A stretch of DNA of 64,000 bases, from positions 192,001 to 256,000 of the forward strand of contig CALSPG010000007.1 of NCBI GenBank assembly GCA_943788175.1. Direction: 5' to 3'. Source of the DNA: an uncultured bacterium (GTDB lineage Bacteria; Fidelibacterota; Marinisomatia; Marinisomatales; UBA1611). A program made the position numbers and the translations under genes. Shown here piece after piece: positions 56,956-64,000 of this stretch (the stretch's first letter is position 1; every line of letters starts with the position of its first letter). The notes beneath the pieces were generated by a model. That model searched no databases. It was not told the DNA's origin and saw only the letters and a list, made by a program, of their open reading frames with translations.

Positions 56956-59211
56956 CTATTTACAGGTAAAGGAAATCGCGCGATCAGTTTGATTACCCAC
57001 CCTATCAATAATCGTAATATCTATGGTATGATTCCCCTCATTTAGACCTCTGTCTAAATCATAAGTAATCTGCTTTTTTACAGGCTGATATGCACAAAAT
57101 AATTTCGTACCATTTAATTTTATAGATATTGATTTTTCTTTTGGTTCTATACCCGAAATTGTGTCTTCAATATCAATAATAAGTTTCTTTATTTCTTTGC
57201 CCTCATAGTGACCTCCATTTGCAGGGTAGGTGTTTAATATTTTGGGGGGGATGAGATCTTGAATTATTGTAACTGCATGGAGTTGGTCTAAATTAGCGGT
57301 GAGTATATTTTTACTTGGATTATTTTTAGTTTTAACATAATTCCAATTTTCTGATTTTTCATCAAAATAATAAATAGCCATTTTTGTATGACCTGATAAT
57401 CGGTGGCTATACTTCATCCCTAAAAGAAACTCGTTCTTCAAAACTCTATCAAAAGGCTGTAACTGATATACCGAGGATAAGTGGTAACCATTTTTTACAG
57501 GTGCGTGTTTGTCAACTTTTTCAATCCAAATTGCGGTCGGAGAGTATACGGTATTTGGTAATGTCTGAATTGAACAATTCATATCTTTCGATATAATGAC
57601 TGTCTTAATATTTGGTTCTGCAATACCAGGCATAAAGTTGAATCTTGTTTCCCTTGAAAGTTTGTCATTTTTAAGAGATATGTCGACATATTTAACATCT
57701 TCCAAAGTTTTTGGAGGTAACATATCCGATAAAAATACCGTTGGTTGAATCTGGCTTACAGGGTAAGATTTAAAAATATTATCGTTTGATAACTTTAAAG
57801 AGGCCTCTCCTTTCGCATATTGGTCCATTTCAATTTGGAAAAAAATGCCTCCCTCAGTATGAACAATATCAAGTTTTGGATTTACATCTAGCACTGTTTT
57901 TAAAGAATTATGATTTGACCAATGAAAAGGTAGAGCAATCGCACCTATTTGATTTGTTGCTATGAATTGAAAAATTCTATTTTTTGAAGCTTGAGTTGGT
58001 ATTCGTATTTCTAAGTTTTTCCCTCTTTTTTGAGTGCTAACTATGGTAACTTTTTCATCTGGGAGTCCAAAAGGTGTAAAACTATATATTGTAGCCTGCC
58101 GGACTGCTAGGCCACCTCTTTTAGGGCTCATTTCTAAAGTAATATGTTTTTCATCTCTACTAATTTCTTTAATAGCAACAGACATTGGAAATGTTCCAAG
58201 CAAGACTCCCTCAGCATTAGCAGTATTGCCTGCAGCATCTGTTATTAAAATTCTTATTTTATGATACCCTGGGGAGACACTTATAATACCATTATCATCT
58301 AAACCATGGACAGACATTTTTGGGTGCTCAGGTAGACGGTATAACTTTTGATATTCTCCTAAATTCTGTTTTTTTAATTCAAATTGAACAAGCGTTCTCA
58401 CATTGTTTGTTTGGCTATAGGGGATTCTATTATAGTTCAATGTAAAAACTGGTTTATTGTCAATAAATAGCTCAGCTTTATGAAATTGATATTTAAATTT
58501 AGAACCTTCTCTTTTATCAACTGCTTGAATAGCTAAACCAAAGTTTCCAATGACACTTATCGTATCAGCAAACAAATAAGTTCCATTTTTATCTCGAAAT
58601 AATGGCATTGTTTGCACTAATGGACTTGAGTTAATTAATGCCCCTTTTGATAATGGTACTAAAGCTATTTTTTGCATTATTGGGTTGATTTTATCGGGTA
58701 CTAAATAACCGTTTTTTAATGGATCTAATGCAGCATCTGACTTATCTCTGACTTCAAAATGTAAGTTTGGGCCAAACGCATAGCCGGTATCTCCTGAATA
58801 ACCAATTATATCTCCTTTTTTTAATCGGAATTCATTAGATGAAAAATTTGTTTTTATACTGTATCTTTTATTTTTTGCTTGCTGAAGCTTTACTACTCTT
58901 TCCATAATAGGACTAAATTTATCTAAGTGTGCATAAACGATTGTTTTACCACTTATCGTTTTTTGATATATAGCTTTTCCATAACCAGAATAATTAGTGA
59001 TAATTTTTGATATATATCCATTTTCAACTGCAAAAACTTTATGGCCTATGGTTCCTTTAGTTCTTATATCAAGGCCCATATGAAAATGGTCATCTCTATA
59101 TTCTCCAAAATTTGAAGAATATGAATTCCCAGCATCTGTTGGCCATTGAGAATCTTGTCCAAAAAGATTGACTAAAAAAGACAGTAAAATTAGAATTTTC
59201 TTTGTATGCAT
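56956..59211 (-). CDS. Exported protein with N-terminal M23/LytM domain and C-terminal beta-rich domains
   Basis: SNFGEYR..HFHMGLD, YAHL, SGDTG, PNLHFEVR; C-terminal DLIPP...DRVGN Ig-like segment. Confidence 0.8.
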   Translation of the reverse strand: MHTKKILILLSFLVNLFGQDSQWPTDAGNSYSSNFGEYRDDHFHMGLDIRTKGTIGHKVFAVENGYISKIITNYSGYGKAIYQKTISGKTIVYAHLDKFSPIMERVVKLQQAKNKRYSIKTNFSSNEFRLKKGDIIGYSGDTGYAFGPNLHFEVRDKSDAALDPLKNGYLVPDKINPIMQKIALVPLSKGALINSSPLVQTMPLFRDKNGTYLFADTISVIGNFGLAIQAVDKREGSKFKYQFHKAELFIDNKPVFTLNYNRIPYSQTNNVRTLVQFELKKQNLGEYQKLYRLPEHPKMSVHGLDDNGIISVSPGYHKIRILITDAAGNTANAEGVLLGTFPMSVAIKEISRDEKHITLEMSPKRGGLAVRQATIYSFTPFGLPDEKVTIVSTQKRGKNLEIRIPTQASKNRIFQFIATNQIGAIALPFHWSNHNSLKTVLDVNPKLDIVHTEGGIFFQIEMDQYAKGEASLKLSNDNIFKSYPVSQIQPTVFLSDMLPPKTLEDVKYVDISLKNDKLSRETRFNFMPGIAEPNIKTVIISKDMNCSIQTLPNTVYSPTAIWIEKVDKHAPVKNGYHLSSVYQLQPFDRVLKNEFLLGMKYSHRLSGHTKMAIYYFDEKSENWNYVKTKNNPSKNILTANLDQLHAVTIIQDLIPPKILNTYPANGGHYEGKEIKKLIIDIEDTISGIEPKEKSISIKLNGTKLFCAYQPVKKQITYDLDRGLNEGNHTIDITIIDRVGNQTDRAISFTCK

Positions 59212-59338
59212 GTTGTAAGAGATGGCATCAATTTATTTAGATAAAAATAGATAGTACAACTATAAATAGATTTATTCCATTAATTATTTACTTTATTTAA
59301 GATTACATATAGAATTTATTACACATAAGGAGATTATA

Positions 59339-60040
59339 ATGAAAAATATGAAGATATTATTACTCGCTAGTTTAATTGCTTTACCAAAAACAGTTTTTGG
59401 GATTGTTGGTTTTGGATTAAATGTCATCCAAGATGGTTCAAAACTAGGGGCTTCTTCTTACACTGAGGGAAGTGGTATTACTCTAGCTACAGTTGAGTCA
59501 TTTGAGATGGATGCCCTTCCGGCTGGAATGGGGGGATACATATTTATAGATCTTGCTGGTTGGGCCGTAGAATTAGAAGGTAATGCAGCTTATGGCGAGT
59601 ATAGCTTTACATTTTCGAATGCTGTTACTCAAATGGAAGATATCCCTTTTGGTTGGGCTAGAGTGTCTTCTGGAATTACCGTAAAGAAAAATATCGCAGA
59701 TTTTTCAATTCCTTTCCTAGCTAAGACTGCGTTATCAGTTGGTGTTGGAGTGAACTCGCATAGCTCAACTCCTAGAGCGAGTGTTTCCATGGTGAAAGAA
59801 CTTTTAAGCACTGATGATTTGGCAGCAGAATTTGATGCAAGTAGTCTAGAAGACGAGCTAATCGATTACCTAAAAGACAATAAAATTGATAATAGTGGCG
59901 TTCATCTCCAACTTGGATTAAGGTTTAAAATATTGGTCATTGATTCGCATCTAAATTTTAGATACAATATGACAAAAGACGTTTATGAAGGAGAGAACGG
60001 CTTTACTGAGATTCAGTTTAAATTAGGGATGGGATTTTAA
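59339..60040 (+). CDS. Hypothetical outer membrane beta-barrel protein
   Basis: Signal peptide; amphipathic strands; terminal strand IQFKLGMGF; SD GGGAG. Confidence 0.55.
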   Translation: MKNMKILLLASLIALPKTVFGIVGFGLNVIQDGSKLGASSYTEGSGITLATVESFEMDALPAGMGGYIFIDLAGWAVELEGNAAYGEYSFTFSNAVTQMEDIPFGWARVSSGITVKKNIADFSIPFLAKTALSVGVGVNSHSSTPRASVSMVKELLSTDDLAAEFDASSLEDELIDYLKDNKIDNSGVHLQLGLRFKILVIDSHLNFRYNMTKDVYEGENGFTEIQFKLGMGF

Positions 60041-60822
60041 TTAGTAGGAAGGTTCTGATCTAAGAAAATAGATTTATTCATAGAGGCAAAAAATCTTTTA
60101 AAGAATTCTTGTTCGTGGATTCCACCAGATTCTAAAATTTTACCATCCTGTTCCAATTCACCGCTCGCGCTAACACGAATATTTGTGTTATTTGAGCCGG
60201 ACTCATCGATATTTATTGTTACTTTATAGCGGTAAATATGCGGACCCTTTGGAGTGTCATCTTGATAGTAATTATTTACTGTTTTATGAGTTGAGTTTGA
60301 TGAGTGCCTAGATCGACTCCACCCCTTTGATGAGCCAGAACTATCATCATCATCGTTATCGTCATTATCATCATCATCTCCAAAGATTGCATTAATAATT
60401 ACGACAACGAAAACAACAACAACAGCAAAGCCAAAAATTTTAGCACATGTCTGAGCTTGTTCTTGTTTTGCGGTTTCTTCAGCATCTGTCTTATCATCCA
60501 TATTATTTTGAGTTGAAGGACCTGGTTCAATAGCATCTGATGAAACATCTGCTTTCTTTTTTTCGGTTGTTCTACTCGCAGTTATTAATCCAACATCAGA
60601 ATTAAGCACATCAATTGTATAATCCAAATCTTGTAGAGCATTGATTGATGCTTTGAGAGTCGTTTTAATATCTGCTGAAAAATTTTGGGTCTGTAGAGTT
60701 CTGGATACTGCAGTTGGCGGTTTGTTCTGTGAAAATACTATATTAGAACTTGATAAATACACAAGAAGCGATAAAAGTCGAAGTTTACCTGCTACTGATG
60801 AAGGACGTATTAAGCGCCGCAT
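60037..60822 (-). CDS. Hypothetical exported protein with internal hydrophobic helix and Asp/Ser-rich tract
   Basis: LQTQNF...ALQDLDYTI...GLITAS N-half and KVTINI...IRVS...FFKRFF..MNKSIFL C-half separated by a low-complexity insert. Confidence 0.6.
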   Translation of the reverse strand: MRRLIRPSSVAGKLRLLSLLVYLSSSNIVFSQNKPPTAVSRTLQTQNFSADIKTTLKASINALQDLDYTIDVLNSDVGLITASRTTEKKKADVSSDAIEPGPSTQNNMDDKTDAEETAKQEQAQTCAKIFGFAVVVVFVVVIINAIFGDDDDNDDNDDDDSSGSSKGWSRSRHSSNSTHKTVNNYYQDDTPKGPHIYRYKVTINIDESGSNNTNIRVSASGELEQDGKILESGGIHEQEFFKRFFASMNKSIFLDQNLPTN

Positions 60823-60825
60823 TTG

Positions 60826-61272
60826 TTAATATTTTAAACTTTGGTAAGTAAAATCTGAAACGAGTTGATTTTTATCAAATGTAATAATGACCGTAAGCGA
60901 TTTAGATTCTGTATTTCTATCTGAATTTGATTGGACAGAATTTGTAGTTCCACCAAAGAGGAAATTCCAAAACCCTCTTCCAAGTTGAGCTTGACCATAC
61001 GTGGCTGAGGCATTGTTTGATGATGATTGAGATGTCCCAATTCTATCATAAGTCCATACTTCACCTCCACTTGAATTTTTTGTTGCTATATTTGGTGAAC
61101 CTAACACTTCTAAGATTTCAGTTTGATTCATGCCTTTTTTAACCTGGCTTTGAACTTTTCCTAAGGTGAGTTTGTCTTTCTGCTCTACGGGGACTTCTAT
61201 AATTATTGGTTCAGGAGGGGTACAACTAAACATTATCATTGTAAAGGTAATAATCACTGAGAAATTTTTCAT
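60826..61272 (-). CDS. SmpA/OmlA (BamE)-like lipoprotein
   Basis: Lipoprotein signal MKNFSVIITFTMIMFSC after AAGGAG; KKGMNQTEILEVLGSPN...EVWTYDR...LTVIITFD. Confidence 0.7.
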   Translation of the reverse strand: MKNFSVIITFTMIMFSCTPPEPIIIEVPVEQKDKLTLGKVQSQVKKGMNQTEILEVLGSPNIATKNSSGGEVWTYDRIGTSQSSSNNASATYGQAQLGRGFWNFLFGGTTNSVQSNSDRNTESKSLTVIITFDKNQLVSDFTYQSLKY

Positions 61273-61344
61273 GATATTTTCACTCCTTATATTCATATCT
61301 AAAACATGGTTTTATATCTTTTTGTTCCAAAAAACTATACTTTT

Positions 61345-62223
61345 TTAAAGTTCATTTGTTATGCAATGCACAGATCCGCCACTTAATTGGTACTGTGAAA
61401 CTGGACATTCTTCTAGAGTAATTTGTAATTCGCTTAATTTTTTTCTTGCAAAACTACTGGAATATTTGACCGAACTTATAAGTAACCCTGGAGATGAAAA
61501 ACTATTTACTGCTAATGAACCTAATTTATTTTTAGAGCCAATAGAATCTTCTTGACCTATAGATATTAGATCAACATTGAACTCTTTTGATAACTTTTTT
61601 AAGTTTTTAGTAGATTTTTTTGAGATGAGCTCATCACAAAAGACTATTGCTTTTAAATTGCCATATTTATCAAATACAGTAGTCAATACAGTATCCAAAT
61701 GAAATGAAGATGTTTCAATCATAATCAATTGATTAACATTTAAGAATGAAGCGACTTCTTCTGCCCCCTTAATTGTATTTCTATTAATTCCACTAAACAG
61801 AATTTTATCTTTAGGACAAAAATAAAATTCACCTCCTTCTGCAAAAACATTATCTTTTATGGATAGTTCTTCTAATTCATAGTTTAGTTTTTCAAGTTGA
61901 TCTGCAATTAGTTTTATTTCTGGTTGTCTTTTTTTTTGAGAAAAATTTAAAATTAGTGCCTTCCCATTTAAGTCGCTTATAAAACCATCTCTTATATAAA
62001 CATAATCATAACCATATTTTGTTTCTTCTAATTTTTTTGGGAATGGGAATTCGATTACTTCAATTTTATTCTTTTTAAGAGTGTTAATTAAGTTGTCCCG
62101 TTCTTTGGTAAGTAAGGCTTGATTCGGAATTATCCCATTTTTCATGAAGGGATTATCTTCGTAACTAATAATGCCCTCACCCCACCAAGGACTTTGTGGT
62201 AAACTGCTAATTGCTACTTTCAT
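61345..62223 (-). CDS. Amidinotransferase / arginine deiminase-DDAH (pentein) superfamily enzyme
   Basis: VYIRD, EGGE, FHLDT, GGSVHC catalytic motifs. Confidence 0.8.
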   Translation of the reverse strand: MKVAISSLPQSPWWGEGIISYEDNPFMKNGIIPNQALLTKERDNLINTLKKNKIEVIEFPFPKKLEETKYGYDYVYIRDGFISDLNGKALILNFSQKKRQPEIKLIADQLEKLNYELEELSIKDNVFAEGGEFYFCPKDKILFSGINRNTIKGAEEVASFLNVNQLIMIETSSFHLDTVLTTVFDKYGNLKAIVFCDELISKKSTKNLKKLSKEFNVDLISIGQEDSIGSKNKLGSLAVNSFSSPGLLISSVKYSSSFARKKLSELQITLEECPVSQYQLSGGSVHCITNEL

Positions 62224-62227
62224 TTTA

Positions 62228-62653
62228 TTAATTATTTAAATTTTCAACTATGAGCAAGTTATTAATTTTTTTCTTTATTTCATTTCTAGCTATCCTATAT
62301 GGAGCTAAATCTCGCTCTTCAGAATCCCAGCTATGGAAAGGGTCTTTTATATTCCAGTGAATTCTGGATTTCCCATTAGGGAAGCTAGGGCAGGTTTGGT
62401 TCGCTTTTTCGCATACAGTTATAATAATTTCAATATTTTTTTCTAGATAATTATTGATACTTTCAGATTTTTGATTCTGTATATCTATGCCCCATTCTTT
62501 CATTACCTTGATTGCAGCTGGGTGTACTTTTGAAGGGCGGGTACCAGCACTTAAAACATCAAAATTTTCACCAGCGGAATCTTTCATTAAGCCTTCAGCC
62601 ATTTGAGATCGACAACTATTCCCAGTACAAATAAAAATAATCCTTTTCTTCAT
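62228..62653 (-). CDS. arsC: Arsenate reductase, thioredoxin-dependent (LMW-PTP fold)
   Basis: CTGNSCRSQMAEG P-loop, TVC.....TCP redox pair, HWNIKDP. Confidence 0.85.
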   Translation of the reverse strand: MKKRIIFICTGNSCRSQMAEGLMKDSAGENFDVLSAGTRPSKVHPAAIKVMKEWGIDIQNQKSESINNYLEKNIEIIITVCEKANQTCPSFPNGKSRIHWNIKDPFHSWDSEERDLAPYRIARNEIKKKINNLLIVENLNN

Positions 62654-62663
62654 CTATTAATTA

Positions 62664-63584
62664 TTAATTACAAATGAAATAAGCGTTTCCACCACTTTCT
62701 CTATTAATTGTGTGAATAAGGTCAAATAGGTCAACATTTGCATTAGAATTGACATCAATATTAGAATTAAAAAAATTATTGTTAATGATATGCTCTATGA
62801 TTAATTGTGAATTGGTATTTTCATAGCAATTTAAAAACCAAATTCTCTTAATTAAAGTTGAATCTATAACGAATGGGTTAGGGATGTTATTTTGATAACT
62901 TGCAATAGCTAATGTTCGTTCTAATTCTTTTTCATCAGCAGGGTCTTCTTTATGCCAAGCATACAATGCTTCTTTTTGAATATCGAAGAAGCTTTGGTCA
63001 GCTACATTATTGTAGACAGTATAGAAATAAAATATACTTCTGGCGATGTTCCCTTTTACGTCTTCTCTAGGTTCAAATTTCCCATTATCGTTGTCTACTT
63101 CAGAAAATTCATCAATGTACTGGTTCGGTATATTAGTCTCATAATAATCTGATCTCCACCATTTATCTGTCTCGTCATCATTAATATCTGCAAAAGGTTT
63201 GTTTCCACGAGATGAGTTAACATTTCCCCTGCAAGGGTAAAGATGATGCAAATCACTTTTTTGTGGTTCAGACCCTGCCCCCATACTTTGTGGCCAGGAA
63301 TGTTCACAGTTCATATTAAGCGCATTAGTTTGCGGTCTTGGATCTTGAGATGGGTTTATTGTTATGGTATAATTAGTATAAATACCTTTCAAAGTATTAT
63401 TGTCTTCTAAATCAATAATTGAATACATTTTGTCTCTGGCTTGATTATATCCAAGGGTTGAAGATGTTTTATAATTAACTATTAAGAAATTAAAAAGATT
63501 TGTTTTTGTAATTCCTGGCCCAATTAAAGTTTGAGATATCAAAAAACTTGTGGCAACCCAGAGGGCGATAATAATCTTATACAT
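62664..63584 (-). CDS. Secreted endonuclease I (EndA/Bsn) family nuclease with dockerin-like C-terminus
   Basis: Signal peptide from ATG 63584; NCEHSWPQS, SDLHHLYP, NSSRGNKPF, FEP....KGNIARSIFYF, NPF. Confidence 0.85.
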   Translation of the reverse strand: MYKIIIALWVATSFLISQTLIGPGITKTNLFNFLIVNYKTSSTLGYNQARDKMYSIIDLEDNNTLKGIYTNYTITINPSQDPRPQTNALNMNCEHSWPQSMGAGSEPQKSDLHHLYPCRGNVNSSRGNKPFADINDDETDKWWRSDYYETNIPNQYIDEFSEVDNDNGKFEPREDVKGNIARSIFYFYTVYNNVADQSFFDIQKEALYAWHKEDPADEKELERTLAIASYQNNIPNPFVIDSTLIKRIWFLNCYENTNSQLIIEHIINNNFFNSNIDVNSNANVDLFDLIHTINRESGGNAYFICN

Positions 63585-63637
63585 TATTAATAATTTAAAT
63601 TTATAATAATTAACAAAAAAGCATCGCATGAAAAAAT

Positions 63638-63666
63638 TTGACTTATTTTTATAACCTAACTATCTT
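63638..63666 (+). promoter_or_regulatory. Putative sigma70 promoter
   Basis: TTGACT (63638-63643)-N17-TATCTT (63661-63666) upstream of ATG 63703. Confidence 0.5.
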
Positions 63667-63702
63667 AATTCCTTATAAAAAAATAATTAAGTAAATTTAG
63701 TT

Positions 63703-64000
63703 ATGGATAACTTGCAACCTACATCCTTTGCTCCAATAATAAATGATCCAGTTGAATCGACATCTGGATTAACTATAAATGATTTAAATAAATACTTACC
63801 AGCGCTTCAAACTGTTGATGATATAATTATGAATGCAGACAGCATGAAGGAGGGTCTTTTTTGGGCCGAAGGTTTAAAAGGATTAAAAAAAATCCCTGAA
63901 AAATCTATTGATTTAATCATAACAGAGCCACCAAAAGAGCCATGGATAAATCTAGATGATAAAGGAGGTCAACTAACTCTCCAAGAATATTATGAATGGA
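63703..64000 (+). CDS. N6/N4 DNA methyltransferase-like protein (beta class), 5' part only, atypical motif IV
   Basis: Not in ORF track; hand translation MDNLQPTSFAP...LKGLKKIPEKSIDLIITEPPKEPW...LQEYYEW resembles LKxIPDxSIDLIITDPPY...EYxxW. Confidence 0.6.
   Translation, partial: MDNLQPTSFAPIINDPVESTSGLTINDLNKYLPALQTVDDIIMNADSMKEGLFWAEGLKGLKKIPEKSIDLIITEPPKEPWINLDDKGGQLTLQEYYEW

Noticed and set aside
60343-60425. TCA/ACA trinucleotide runs as a possible repeat array or contingency locus
   Set aside because: Imperfect, in-frame codon runs for poly-Asp and poly-Val; no spacer structure
62664-64000. Nuclease + methyltransferase as a restriction-modification pair
   Set aside because: The nuclease is a signal-peptide-bearing non-specific endonuclease I type and the MTase motif is degenerate
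1-64000. tRNA, rRNA, riboswitch, CRISPR, IS or prophage elements
   Set aside because: Intergenic gaps are all under about 130 nt and AT-rich, with no cloverleaf, repeat-spacer array, transposase, integrase or phage gene seen; a covariance-model scan was not possible

Overview
AT-rich (roughly 30% GC by eye), very gene-dense chromosomal segment of a diderm bacterium with FCB-group-like gene content (DUF2723, DUF4835, DUF4175/DUF4159, Bacteroidota-type LpxC and CCA enzyme). The tiny intergenic spaces and a dockerin-like tail suggest a streamlined marine Marinimicrobia (Marinisomatota)-type genome; this is an inference, not a placement. About 57 CDS are present. Housekeeping genes include holB, metG, tatD, rsmA, rpsU, glmM, rlmD, valS, recG and a CCA enzyme. 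Clusters include uppS-bamA-skp-lpxD-lpxC-fabZ-lpxA-dxr-rseP, nfeD-floA, a cdd-udk-tdk-nupC-adk-coaE salvage operon, a LolCDE-like/LolA-like/beta-barrel cassette and several uncharacterised envelope modules. I saw no rRNA, tRNA, CRISPR array or mobile element. Most notable: lpxA appears to start at an ATT codon; rpsU has an extended Shine-Dalgarno site and an Arg-rich tail; a TMEM260-like (DUF2723) GT-C plus GT2 locus is a candidate protein O-glycosylation system; one protein joins a beta-barrel, TPRs and a BamE-like domain; several enzymes have lost metal-binding cysteines (Mrp, MetRS, ValRS, RlmD); three genes have leaderless-type TTGTAA/TAnnTT promoters; and a DNA-methyltransferase-like gene has EPPK in place of DPPY. 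Family assignments come from recognising motifs by eye, not from database searches.
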